A DNA stretch of 64,000 bases from Octopus bimaculoides. Lineage: Eukaryota. The notes beneath the pieces were generated by a model that was given only the letters and a program-made list of their open reading frames with translations, did no database searches and was not told where the DNA came from. The stretch lies in NCBI RefSeq assembly GCF_001194135.2, contig NC_068983.1, positions 138,041,306-138,105,305 of the forward strand, in the 5' to 3' direction. This document shows, piece after piece, positions 12,330 through 25,878 of the stretch (positions are counted from its first letter, which is position 1; each line of letters starts with the position of its first letter). The position numbers were made by a program, and so were the translations under genes.

Positions 12330-13292
12330 CATAAATGTTAAATGAATCAAAATAATTATTAAAATTTACTTGCAGTATGAGAAACTCTTCAGAATTATTG
12401 ATCTGCACTAGATTATATCGAGAAATAACATTGATATAACATGGTGATATTTTATATTGTCTTTCTTGTGTTTTCATAGTTTTAAGTAGTTTCCTCCAGG
12501 TACCTTATATATAACAGTGTAGCTATTATAAAGTTAAAATATTGCTATTGATTTCGACATCGTTCGTTGTAAAAGGTGTCTGGGAATTATATCCTCTTTC
12601 ACCGGTAGAATTTCCATTTCTTTGTTTTCTTTCTTTTTCGTTTTTGGTTTTTCTTAGTAACTTCTTTGAAATACAAACAATAACGGTAACATTATCGAAG
12701 CATTCTATTATATTGATACGATTTTGCCAATTGAAAATTGTAGACATTTCTCTAAAGAAGAGTGATTAAAAATATCTCAATGCAATCATGAAGATTATCT
12801 CGTCGTGACTGACGCTATTATCATTGGTGCAATTTTACTTTTTTGGTTTGGATTTTTATTTCTGTAAATGTTTCTTTGTTTATTTCAAGAATTTTATATA
12901 TTTCTTTTCAATTCATTTTATTCGAGTACTAATGATTCATTTTTCAAAAACAGGTCATACTTGCCAATTGATGAATATAAATCCACTATGTAGCGTTGTA
13001 TCAAAAAGCGTGGATAGTAAGAAGCCAATGAAGAGTTGAGAGAACATGTTAAGGTATAAATATATAAAATCATAGAGGAATGATACCACAAAATCATACC
13101 ACAAAATTGGTAAAGAAATAAGGGAAAGAAAAATGTTCTATTCAATAGAATAACATTCTGCGTTATCTCAACACTTACTGCCACAGACCTCATATCTTTT
13201 GAATAAAAATGTCTATAAAAGATCTTTCACTAACTTTCCCAGTAGAAAATGATAACGTCAGAGTGAATTTCAAAATGAAAAAACCAGAAAGT
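12330..13292 (+). repeat. Left arm of ~970-bp inverted duplication (pairs with 19580-20555)
   Basis: Near-identical ORF translations on opposite strands (12542..12769+ vs 20100..20336-; 12824+ vs 19791-). Direct nucleotide alignment confirms it. Confidence 0.9.
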
Positions 13293-13419
13293 ATTGTAAC
13301 AAATTAGAAAGCGCATTTCAAAAAGTAAGTACTGTACGTTATTATTGTATAGGCCACGGTCTTCTTCTTTTTCTTCTTCTTCTTCTTCTTCTCCTACTAC
13401 CACAGTTCTAGGATACATT

Positions 13420-13618
13420 ATCCTTTCTACTATTTGATGGTGAAGGAAAGTCGATCACATCGACCCCAGTACTCAACTGATACTTATTTAATTGACTCCG
13501 AAAGGATGAATGGTAAAGTCGTCGTCGGCGGAATTTGAACTCAGAATGTACAGACGGACGAAATGTCGTTAAGCATTTTGCCCGGCGTACTGATGGTATT
13601 GTCAACTCACCGCCTTCG
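13420..13618 (-). mobile_element. SINE family A
   Basis: Full head-to-core reverse complement: aaggcggtgagttgacaatacc...ttctgagttcaaattccgccgacg. Confidence 0.85.
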
Positions 13619-13989
13619 TTTTAAGTTACATAAGGGTTCTATATTGTATATACAAATATTGGCCTGATGACTATACCTATATGGTATAAAATTTAAAATA
13701 TAGGCTTCTTGAAAGTTATTTAAGTGTTGGTTAAAACCTTGACTTTACGCCATTGTACTGAAAATTTTACACATTAACTTCTACATATTTCATAAATTAT
13801 TATAAATTGATAATAAAAGCAAGTATGATCACATTTAAAATTTTTTCTTCAAATGCTATTCATCATGTAATGTAGAGAGGTCTTCATATAGATCTGAATC
13901 ACTGGAATTTCCCAGTTTGTCTGGAATATTTGCTCTCCCCTTCGTCACCTAACCTACCACAACAAATCGTCTTTATACCCATCCACTGT

Positions 13990-14400
13990 TTTTGAAATGC
14001 CATATTTGTTTTACAGATTTTACGACAGTTTCTACACGAAAACCTTAAAGACTTTATCTCAAAATACACAACAACAACACATATAGATGTTCGAGAACAC
14101 TGTTATAATCCATCATCACGGTATAGAATAATATCACAGGTATCTTAGGATATCTGAACTAAAAACACTTACTAGATCACATATGTCAGCACTGTGATAC
14201 GAAGCCATCGCTAGATCCAACAATTCTACGGCTCCAGATACTTTTGACCTTCTCTGAAACCTTACTAAAGAGGAAAGTTTCTTGTGCATGCATGATAAAC
14301 TGAAGCTCAGTTTGGCCTATAGCAACATGTTTTCTGGCGAACTCAATTGCCTTATTCAGTAAAAAACTCAATATCGAGGGGTAAAAACCTGATATGATAC
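13990..14400 (-). pseudogene. Penelope-like RT relic, Naiad/Chlamys-type (YRDD)
   Basis: FYPSILSFLLNKAIEFARKH...FIMHAQETFLF, GSSD and LYRDDGL (14126->14106). Confidence 0.65.
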
Positions 14401-15139
14401 TGTGTGTATCTAACTATATACTTGTCCTTTATACTCCTGAACTAGTCTAAGATAGTGTTGCTATTTGCCCATTGCTGTAGTTTTGTAGTTTTCCTAATTC
14501 TATAATTACTGTCTTAGTATTTTGTAGCCTTAACGTCTCAGTTCTTACTGGATTTATACCACTCTCGTTGGATAGAGTACTTATTTGTTGACACTACAAT
14601 TAACGGAATAGTACACTACATACACCCACACGCACGCACACTCACACACACGCACACTCACATACATATACACATGCACACATTTATATGTACACAGTCG
14701 TTTTCATTACTACCTCATATTGACGCACATGAATTTGAGATGTTTTGTGAAATACGAATAAACAATAACGATAATAATATTCTCAAAATCCTTACGACGG
14801 AATGAAATAATTTTCAGAACATTACGGGTAATTTGGGTGCACACTCTCAAAAATGCTTTTAATGTTATTGTTATTGGTGTTACTGCCTTCCAATTGATTT
14901 ATTTAAGTATTTATGGCATATCTTTTTACTAATTGTTCACCAGAGCTTTCATATTTTTTGCCTCTTGTACATTTAGCTGTGAGTTTTGTTTTGTGTTCTT
15001 CTAGCCATTATAGTGCATTGTCGTGTGACAATAATATAACAATGGGCAGTAGCAATTTTAGATGTGAAAATGTAAAATGGGTAAATAAAAGGTTAAAAAA
15101 ATTTTTTGGCGAACCTTTTTTTTTTCTCTTGTTTACCCA

Positions 15140-16365
15140 GATCTCGTTGATGGCTGCCACATCTATGTCTATAACTATACTAAATCAACGCTTCTTCATA
15201 AACATGAACATTCTGTCTGAATATGTCTGAATACCCATGTATAATCATGTTTATCTTATTGAATGAATAGTCCCAAATACATGTTTTTGTACCCTTACTT
15301 GAATGTTACCACTATACGATTGCTTTCGTAATACAAGAGAAGCCTTATAGGTTGCTGCGAGGTGTATTACTGGAATAGGTACCTTTGTTATATGTCATTT
15401 GCTAGAATTTGTAACCTCCTACTTACATCAAAGGGACATATTCAATGGCAAGCAATAAGACAATTCCACATTGTTAGCGTTCAATTATCTGAATATAACA
15501 GATTTGAATTGGGTCCAATAATTACCAAGTAAGCACTTTCTTAATTAGAAGTCGTATTTAAAGCCTCAAATCATTAAAACACTTTCTTTAATTGTAACTA
15601 CACATTTATTTACGCATGCACTAGCAATCCTATATAAAATGAACTCACCACAGTGTATGTATCTCTGGATTGTGACTTTGTATATCTAAAATATTTTCTC
15701 CTCTGGCATGTCTTTTCTTCATTCAAAATGTGATTCAAAATCAGTCACCAGCTGCTCATAAACATACCTAGGCAAGTCCATTTATTTATACTCTAACATA
15801 ATAACGGTGAATAAACTTGTTTTCGATAATATTAAATAAAATACTAATTTAGCTGAAATGAAAGATCTTATATAATCTTTGTTTTAATAACATTAAAAGT
15901 TCGATAAAAGTCATAGTCGAAACCTGTTTAAAATATTTTTTGTCTCGTCGTTAAACAGAACAGCTAATCTGGAAAAAAAGGAGAATATTTCCTTTGAAGT
16001 GAAATAGTTTCTAAAGAATCTAATTTACCACTTACATCTCGTTGTGTAAGTAATAATACGAAATGTGGTTGTGAAAATTTTGATAGCGTGCCAAATATCA
16101 CAGATTTTTAGAACTTGTTAAAATAGATAAGTACAATGAGAGTCTACTTTCCTAATGTGAATAAATATTTTGCATGAAGACACTGTAACTTACTGATATG
16201 TGTTACAGGTTTGGTAATGTATTTGAAATCTCCTAAAGTAATTTTATTCGAGTTTACAGAAGAAATTATATCAATTTATCTTTCTACACATTTATCCTAT
16301 TACACATATAAACTATATATTTTTAAACACGAATTAGCGTAAAACATCAAACACAATACCAGTAA
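15140..16365 (+). repeat. Diverged direct duplication, copy B
   Basis: See copy A. Starts just after a strong polypyrimidine/AG (ttttctcttgtttacccag). Confidence 0.75.
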
Positions 16366-18370
16366 CTTCATCATATTTCTCTTAGCGAGTAAACGTACTA
16401 CAGGTTACAACCGCAAAACATTTAATCCTCTTCTCTGCAATTGGAGTTCATCCATTTGATGTTTAGCAACTTTCTGCTTCTTGCACCATATCTTTTCTCT
16501 CATATCTTCAACAGTTCTACGCTAGGAGGTGTTCTTCGGTCATCTTGGTTATCGCTTTCTAGTTGATGTTCATCTTTATATCGACTCTTTCTGATTGATT
16601 GAATATGCTAGCTAAGGTGAAAGTCACAGTTTTGCGAGACAACGAATTTGATATTTTATTCGGCCAGAAGATGTAGCATATTCTCTCAGTTACATACATA
16701 CATACATACACACACATATAATTGCATATACACATTTATTTATAAAAATGCAATATAGACATATATACAAGTAGACATAGCTGATAGACGCTTATGAAAC
16801 AAGGCAACACAATCTGTATCGAGCATATTTATCTAATCATTAATAGTGCATACTGTCTCATCAGCTAGTCGGTGCTGGAACCTTATTTCTATGGGCATTT
16901 AACAGACAGAAGAATGGAACTCAAATATACCGCAGAAATAGTATGTTAGCAAAAATTGTTTTGTTAGATGTTTCAACAACTGCTCACTTTGTCAGTCCCC
17001 GCTGTAGTTGTCAGTCTCCGCTGTAGTTTAGGGGACATTGTGAAGTAGTTATTGATACCATGACTGGTTGCTATACAAATAGATTAAGGATAGACAAAAG
17101 AACGAAACATCCACTTGATATTTCAATAGTACACAGTAACTGTTTTAGAAAATTTCTAGTACTCTAATGGAAGACTATAAGGTGGAGCGTTTAAATACAT
17201 TTTAGGAACTATATTGCAACTCGAGATAGATTAAAACAGACAATATCATATTAGCTAATCTAAGGAAGATGTATAACCACTGAGAGTGCACGAGTTAATA
17301 GGGAGTCAGTGCTATCACTTCTGTAAAGGAAATATGGAATATTCCTCACAAGATACATTGTGGGATAACTAGACCTTTTGGTGACTATTCACTTTGCCAG
17401 ATGCTTTCTATAAATGTCAGCCACTCGTTCTCTCGCGAACCGAGGAAAGCATGCTCAACACTTATTGTAGAGTATATTTATTTGTACAAAGCTGATAATT
17501 TGTTACGTCACTTTTTAGAGTGCCTTCCTAGGAATTTTTGGGTGGAAGACTAAGAATCCAGACGAATAAAATAAAAAAACAAAACAGCTTCGTACCAATA
17601 TGCACCCTAGTGTATATGTATGTATTGAAGATGGCATCTTACTGAAAGCATGTGCTTTCACTACGTCTAGAGATTGCGCAGAAAATTGTTATTCTTTTGT
17701 AGTAACCAATCTTTATTCTATTTTGAGCTAGTGCTAAAACTAAAACATTATATAAAATTTTCCTCGGAAAGTGTGAAAATTACGAAGTTTTTGTGTTTGT
17801 TTACATAAAAACACTTATATTACCACGTGTATTATATTATGATACCACGTGAAGTAAAACTGCCGTGAAAATCAAACAAAAATCGAAATTTTCCTATATA
17901 CACGGTTAAAAATTCGATTCCTTAGAAAAAAAATCTGTATGTATACAATTCTTGCTTTTTGATTATTACGATCTATCAAAAATCAACAATTTTGAAGTAA
18001 TTACGCTTTTGTTTACAAGTAGTAGATTTCTTTATAATATTAAACTAACCAACACCTCATGCAACCCTATTTTCTTTATATTTAAACAGAAAGGAGTCTC
18101 TAGATTTCCAGGAAAGCACCAGCTGAGTCCTTAATTAATTAATTGATTAATTAACTAATTTTTTAACTACAAAAGTCTTTATATATAAATCCTTTTAGGA
18201 TCTGCGCTTTGAATTAATTGTTGAATCAACTAAAGTTTTACGAAGAGAAGTAAATATACCGCTTTTCTTCACACTCACGATCCCAAAACAGAATGTTCTG
18301 GTCTGTTATATCCTTCGATTTGATCTGTGATTGATTAATTTCTCAATTCCTCTCAATTTCTTTCACTCCA

Positions 18371-18402
<32 letters not shown>

Positions 18403-18557
18403 NNNNNNNNNNNNNNNNNNNNNNNNNNNNNNNNNNNNNNNNNNNNNNNNNNNNCTCTCTCTGTAGCGCGCGCACACACACGCACACACACACAATTTCC
18501 CTCTCTAGCACGCGCACACGCGCACCCCCACACGCTCTCTCTCCTTCCCTCCCTGTA

Positions 18558-18641
<84 letters not shown>

Positions 18642-18642
18642 G

Positions 18643-18744
18643 AACATGTGTGTATATGGGAATATGACAATAGAAAGATTATAGCTATATACTAAAAGAT
18701 ATAAATCTTTCTTCCCAATAATACCTCTCCCGTCTGTGAACTCA

Positions 18745-18789
<45 letters not shown>

Positions 18790-18915
18790 TTATCTATTGA
18801 ATATGTGTGTATACAGGAATATACCGAGAGAAAGTTTATAGATATATACTCAAAGCCACATAGATCTTTCTTCCCTATCCCAACTAATCCCTCTCCCATC
18901 TGTGCACGCATAGTT
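18643..18915 (+). repeat. Local tandem duplication of a ~110-bp unit separated by (CT)n
   Basis: aacatgtgtgtatatgggaatat...atctttcttccc...cctctcccgtctgtg vs aatatgtgtgtatacaggaatat...atctttcttccc...cctctcccatctgtg. Confidence 0.65.
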
Positions 18916-19579
18916 CAATACAGCTTACAACTCTCTTTCTTCCCCTCTCCCTTGTTTTTCGGGGACTGGCTTCGATAATAGCTTCAGTAAAAGTCATTGT
19001 CAATCGCAGAGGGTCAACTTCGACTTTCCTAATCGTTAATGTCCTCGCTTTATTTCGAAATTTTTGGAACCAGTACGTTCGTTGAAAGTCATCTAGTTAA
19101 ATGGCTGAGTGATATTGCGAGCAGATTGTACGTCTTTGAGTTCCATTATGAACTTATACAAATACAAAAAAATCGTTCTAATTTGCAATGTTTAATTTTC
19201 TAAAAGCAAAATCATTAGTATGAGTCAATATACCAAAATTTACACTTCAAATTAGTATATTGCTTTGACATTGTTAAATATAAGTATATTCTAAAAGCAT
19301 CAACGTTTAGAATAACCAAAATCGTAAATAGTTTTGCACCGATAAATAGAGAATGAAAAAAGTAAAGCCTGACACATTGTGCGTCGTCTTTCAATTTTAT
19401 TAAATATATAGCAATTGCCATCATCTCAAGCAACGTTAGTTGTAATAGTAGCGATGGAAGTAGAAACAGTAGCAGTTTATCGCAACTTATGTTGAATAAA
19501 CCTATAGTACAATTTTAATTCTCTCAATTTCGCAGGAAATAAAACTTTTAAATTTATTACAGCAATATGGAGACATTTG

Positions 19580-20555
19580 CTTTCTGGGCTTTTATTCTGA
19601 AATTCGTTCTGACGATATAAATTTTCTACTGGGAAAGCTAGTGAAAGATGTTTTATAGACATTTTTATTCAAAAGATATGAGGTCTGTGGCAGTAAGTGT
19701 TGAGATAACGTAGAATGTTATTCTTTTGAATAGAACATTTTCTTTCTCTTAAAAATAATAATGTTGGTATGATGTTTCAACATAATTCCTCTATGATTTT
19801 ATATATTTATACCTTACCGTGCTCTCGCAACTCTTCATTGGCTCCTTACTATTCACGCTTTTCGATACAACACTACATGGTGTATTTATATACATCAGCT
19901 GGTAAGTATGACCTGTTTTTGAAAAATGAATCATTAGTACTTGAATAGAATGAATTGAAATAAAAAAATAAAGATCTTGAAATAAACAAAGATAGAAACA
20001 TTTACAGAAATAAAAATCTAAACCAAAAAAGTAAAATTGCACCAATGATAATAGCGTCAGTCACGACGAGATAATCTTCATGATTGCATTGAGATATTTT
20101 TAATCACTCTTCTTTAGAGAGATGTCTACAATTTTCAATTGGCAAAATCGTATCAATATAATAGAATGCTTCGATAATGTTACCGTTATTGTTTGTATTT
20201 TAAAGAAGTTACTAAGAAAACCGATATAAAAAGAAAAGAAGAAAAATAGAAATTGAGAAATGAAAATTTCTACTGGAGTAAGAGGATATAATTCATAGAC
20301 ACCTTTTACAACGACCGATGTCGAAATCAATAGCAATATTTTAACTTCATAACGGTTATACCGTTATATGTATCAGATACCTGGTAGAGTCTAAGTAATT
20401 TAAGGAAACATAAAGATAAGAAAAAAAATGATAATATTGTATCAATGATAATTCTTGATATAATCTGGCACGGATCAGTAATTCTGAAGAGTTTCTGACA
20501 CAGCAAACAAATTTTAATAATTCTTTCAATTTATATGTTTAACTTTCGTATTTAT
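19580..20555 (-). repeat. Right arm of ~970-bp inverted duplication
   Basis: Reverse complement of 12330-13292. Confidence 0.9.
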
Positions 20556-22769
20556 GTAAGTGTTGAGTCGCTATTATTACTGATTTATTGTTTATCTCCA
20601 GGTCAAAATAATCGCACAAAGCTGTAATCAAAATTATTTCAACAGATATCAGTCTATCTTATATTTTTAGTGTGTTTGCTATTCAGATACATTGTTTCTG
20701 AGACTACATATTTCAATATCTCCTTCATTTCAAAAGAAAGTAGGGTGTGATTTGAGGGAGATATGAGATCTATTTCTGGGAAGAAGACGATCACGTAGAA
20801 GCTTCCTTGTTGGCGTAATATATTCATTCGTTAACTCTAGTCATTAAGAGCGTCGCCGTACCTGAAACCTCACTGGAGTTTAACTTCCCATAATTCTCAT
20901 TTAATCTAGATTGATAAAATTAGTGTTAATGATCCACTCTAGGAAGCAGTAGCAGATAACAAAACTCTGCGGAAACAACAAATATCATAGGGATTAAAAA
21001 TCGGAGAACAAAATTTTCATGAGACGTAGATTAATAAAGATAGCAAGATGAATTTTATCTTTTCAAGGAAAATCCACCTGCAGCATACATTTGTGAAGTA
21101 TCAGTGTTTTTATACTAGATCTGTGGCTGAAGCTACAGATCGAGGGTTAAACTTCACAGCCATCACATTCTTCCTCTCTTCCTTCTCTTTAACTTTTTCC
21201 TCCAGGTAGTCTCTATTGTCGACAAAAATGAAGGAAATTTATTGTTATTGGGAATGGACTTGGTTGAAAAAAAAAAGTTTTAATCGAAATATGAAGGAAA
21301 ATTTCATAGAAAGTTGAAAATTGTCATATGAAAAAATGTGTCTGATGGCTACTTGCTTAAAGTGAAGAAATTATGTATTTAAATGAAAAAAATCAAAGTT
21401 TATCAATGAAATTTGAATATCACATATTTAGAAAAATGTAATAATAAGGATAATATTAAGAAAAATGTTAATATTATTGTAAGATTTGCTGGCGACATCC
21501 ATAAATGGGACCAACAAAAGGCAATGGATTGACTGTTCTCTATAGAAATGAATGCGTGTTTTGAACGTGTACAACGTCAGTTCCGTTGTGCACAAGTGCA
21601 CAAGTGTTGAAAGAAGTAACGGAAATGAAAGAATAGTTCGACGACAACATTCTTATTGTTATGAAATATGAATAATATTTGTTATTATTCACATCAGTAT
21701 TGTTATTTATAAGCTGTTTTGAAAACAAAAGGAAAATTTCGTAAAAGTGAAAAGAAATGTGTTTTTTTTAAAAATGAATTCGACAGATAAAGTATGGCTA
21801 TCCAAAATATGAAAAGAATTTAATATAACTATGAAATTAATATAAATGTGAATTTTTTCAAGAAATTCCTTATGTGGGATGATTGCCTGAAGTTAGGTAG
21901 TTACAAGTAAGAAACCAAATCTATCAACAAAATTCGATTTCCACCTCGACCACAAGGACGACGCCGCCGACGAACACTACCACCACCACCACCACCACCN
22001 NNNNNNNNNNNNNNNNNNNNNNNNNNNNNNNNNNNNNNNNNNNNNNNNNNNNNNNNNNNNNNNNNNNNNNNNNNNNNNNNNNNNNNNNNNNNNNNNNNNN
22101 NNNNNNNNNNNNNNNNNNNNNNNNNNNNNNNNNNNNNNNNNNNNNNNNNNNNNNNNNNNNNNNNNNNNNNNNNNNNNNNNNNNNNNNNNNNNNNNNNNNN
22201 NNNNNNNNNNNNNNNNNNNNNNNNNNNNNNNNNNNNNNNNNNNNNNNNNNNNNNNNNNNNNNNNNNNNNNNNNNNNNNNNNNNNNNNNNNNNNNNNNNNN
22301 NNNNNNNNNNNNNNNNNNNNNNNNNNNNNNNNNNNNNNNNNNNNNNNNNNNNNNNNNNNNNNNNNNNNNNNNNNNNNNNNNNNNNNNNNNNNNNNNNNNN
22401 NNNNNNNNNNNNNNNNNNNNNNNNNNNNNNNNNNNNNNNNNNNNNNNNNNNNNNNNNNNNNNNNNNNNNNNNNNNNNNNNNNNNNNNNNNNNNNNNNNNN
22501 NNNNNNNNNNNNNNNNNNNNNNNNNNNNNNNNNNNNNNNNNNNNNNNNNNNNNNNNNNNNNNNNNNNNNNNNNNNNNNNNNNNNNNNNNNNNNNNNNNNN
22601 NNNNNNNNNNNNNNNNNNNNNNNNNNNNNNNNNNNNNNNNNNNNNNNNNNNNNNNNNNNNNNNNNNNNNNNNNNNNNNNNNNNNNNNNNNNNNNNNNNNN
22701 NNNNNNNNNNNNNNNNNNNNNNNNNNNNNNNNNNNNNNNNNNNNNNNNNNNNNNNNNNNNNNNNNNNNN

Positions 22770-22845
<76 letters not shown>

Positions 22846-23438
22846 TGTGTGTATGCATATAAATGTACACACACACACACACACACACACACGCACGCTT
22901 TGAGGAAATACGATGGATCTATGAGAGAAAAGATCTTTATGACCAGAATGAAACAAAGAATTTCAACGATATTAAACTTGATGACCAATGAAACAATGAT
23001 TCCAAAGCTGGAATGTTGGAATTTACAGCTGAGTGAAATTTTGATGGGCAGTTAATGACTAATACTAAACTATACTGTTATTGTCAAAGCAAGACAGCCA
23101 ACCCTTCAAATTGACTACAGTTTCGATTTGGACGCCAGGACAGACCAAAACATCTCTAGTCTTAAGATAACTGATAAGAAATATGACTTGTATCTTTAAG
23201 CAGTATATGTGGAAAAAAGAACTTGTATGTATGTTTATAAACATGCACACATATACTCAAAACAATATACTCAACTGTAAGTATGGAAAACAATTAAATT
23301 TTGGAAAAATTTAATGAAAAGTTTTTTAAAAGAATATTTGCATAGTTTTCAAATACAAGGGGTATTCTCCTTGTTTCTGCCTGTCTCTGTGTCTCTTGTT
23401 TACTCTTGTGGGGTCGAGGTCGTTGTGAATTCTTGGCA

Positions 23439-23514
23439 GAGAAGAAGAAGAAGAAGAAGAAGAAGAAGAAGAAGAAGAAGAAGAAGAAGAAGAAGAAGAA
23501 GAAGAAGAAGAAGA
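23439..23514 (+). repeat. (GAA)n microsatellite
   Basis: About 24 perfect units. Confidence 0.95.
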
Positions 23515-23659
23515 AAAAAATGCGAGAGTGCTATGATATTAGTTGGATGTTAAATGGTCAAGTACCCTGAAAGTGACTTGTTGTGGATGGTAGTAGTGAT
23601 TGAATTCTTGGATATCTCTTTTGAATATATCATTTTTAATATTTGCGTGTGTGTTATTC

Positions 23660-23725
23660 ATTGTGATTTCAAATCTTTGCCCTGATGGCGAGTTGTGTTC
23701 TTGAGCAAAATACTTCATGTCACAT
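23660..23725 (+). mobile_element. CORE-like SINE fragment
   Basis: gttgtgttcttgagcaaaatacttcatgtcac matches the reverse complement of the 25.2-kb copy. Confidence 0.4.
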
Positions 23726-25171
23726 TTTTTGCCTTCCCTCTCTGCTTTCTGTATCTCTCTCTGTTCCTTACTACTTTTCTCCCTCACACTACTGACATGT
23801 TACCTATGGTCATCGTCTTGTCTTCTTTGTTTTCACGCCGACCGCTGAGAGACCAGTCGTATTTTCACTTGCTTCCCACCACTCTCATCACGTTTCACTG
23901 TCCTTCTGTTAATCTTCATTTCAATCATTCAATCATGTCTCCTGTCAGTCCTTAAAGCCATATTTTGTTTATATATTTCAGTTTGCCTGTAAGTTCCCAG
24001 TTTTCGTTCTATTTGTTTTCCTCTTTGTCCCTCGTCCGTCCACTAATTGCCTCGGTTTGAATTGCACTTATCTCATGATTGTATATTCAGTTTCTGTATT
24101 GTATAGTTGTTCATTTATTGTTTGTTCATTTTCTGGCATGTATGGTTGCTTGTTTATTGGCTCGCCATTTCCCAACGGCCTCTTGCTATCGGCGCCACCA
24201 AAGGGCAATAACAATATCGCTGAAGGCGCGAAATTGCGTTTGACTATCTGGCTGATTACGGATGAAGATTTGGCAATCTTTTTGTCTGTTTCCCATTTCT
24301 TTGTAAATTTATTACATGGTATTTTACTTGTTACACACACACACACACACACANNNNNNNNNNNNNNNNNNNNNNNNNNNNNNNNNNNNNNNNNNNNNNN
24401 NNNNNNNNNNNNNNNNNNNNNNNNNNNNNNNNNNNNNNNNNNNNNNNNNNNNNNNNNNNNNNNNNNNNNNNNNNNNNNNNNNNNNNNNNNNNNNNNNNNN
24501 NNNNNNNNNNNNNNNNNNNNNNNNNNNNNNNNNNNNNNNNNNNNNNNNNNNNNNNNNNNNNNNNNNNNNNNNNNNNNNNNNNNNNNNNNNNNNNNNNNNN
24601 NNNNNNNNNNNNNNNNNNNNNNNNNNNNNNNNNNNNNNNNNNNNNNNNNNNNNNNNNNNNNNNNNNNNNNNNNNNNNNNNNNNNNNNNNNNNNNNNNNNN
24701 NNNNNNNNNNNNNNNNNNNNNNNNNNNNNNNNNNNNNNNNNNNNNNNNNNNNNNNNNNNNNNNNNNNNNNNNNNNNNNNNNNNNNNNNNNNNNNNNNNNN
24801 NNNNNNNNNNNNNNNNNNNNNNNNNNNNNNNNNNNNNNNNNNNNNNNNNNNNNNNNNNNNNNNNNNNNNNNNNNNNNNNNNNNNNNNNNNNNNNNNNNNN
24901 NNNNNNNNNNNNNNNNNNNNNNNNNNNNNNNNNNNNNNNNNNNNNNNNNNNNNNNNNNNNNNNNNNNNNNNNNNNNNNNNNNNNNNNNNNNNNNNNNNNN
25001 NNNNNNNNNNNNNNNNNNNNNNNNTCATTTACCAGACTATCCGATGTCGTTATCCTTCGCTTCACGTTGTTTTAGCTTTCCCTTCATGCAACCACGCTAG
25101 CTAAGAGAGCAGGCTAATATTCCTCAGATAGGAAGGCTCTTTCATTACAAGGTTACCCATTTACAATTCAG

Positions 25172-25290
25172 AGTGCCAGAGAGACGTGAAATGAAGTGTT
25201 TTGCTCAAGGACACGATGCGTTGCCCGTTCGGGAATCGAATCCACGATCAAGTGATAGTGAGTGCAACATGCTAAGCCAAGGTGCTTCGC
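25172..25290 (-). mobile_element. CORE-like tRNA-derived SINE
   Basis: gtgaaatgaagtgttttgctcaaggacac...gggaatcgaatccacgatc; B-box on minus (gattcgattccc). Confidence 0.65.
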
Positions 25291-25293
25291 ATA

Positions 25294-25340
<47 letters not shown>

Positions 25341-25571
25341 ACACACACACTCGCACACATATATGCACACACACGCACATGTATATGTATTCGCACACTC
25401 ATACATATAGTATTATAAACGCATAAAAACAACGAACATTGAATAAACGACTAAGTAGATGTGTAGAATCTAATATAAAATTGTTGTGACTTAGGACTTA
25501 CTCCAATAGGGGGTTATATGAACTGTCAGTTTGAATAAGCCCTGACAAGAACAAAATTTGGTTCCTGTATT

Positions 25572-25654
<83 letters not shown>

Positions 25655-25829
25655 ACAGATGTATATATGTCCGTGTGTTTGTGTGCGTGTTTGCATGTGT
25701 GTGTGCGTGTTCCAGCACGCGTGCGTGAGTACATGTACATATACATGTGTGTGTATATGTATGTATGCAAGCATATATGTACGCATGTATGTATGTATGT
25801 ATGTATGTATGTATGTATGTATGTATGTA

Positions 25830-25878
<49 letters not shown>

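Noticed and set aside
13663-13695. CUGAUGA followed by a tatacc/ggtata hairpin
   Set aside because: No GAAA after stem II and no stem I/III.
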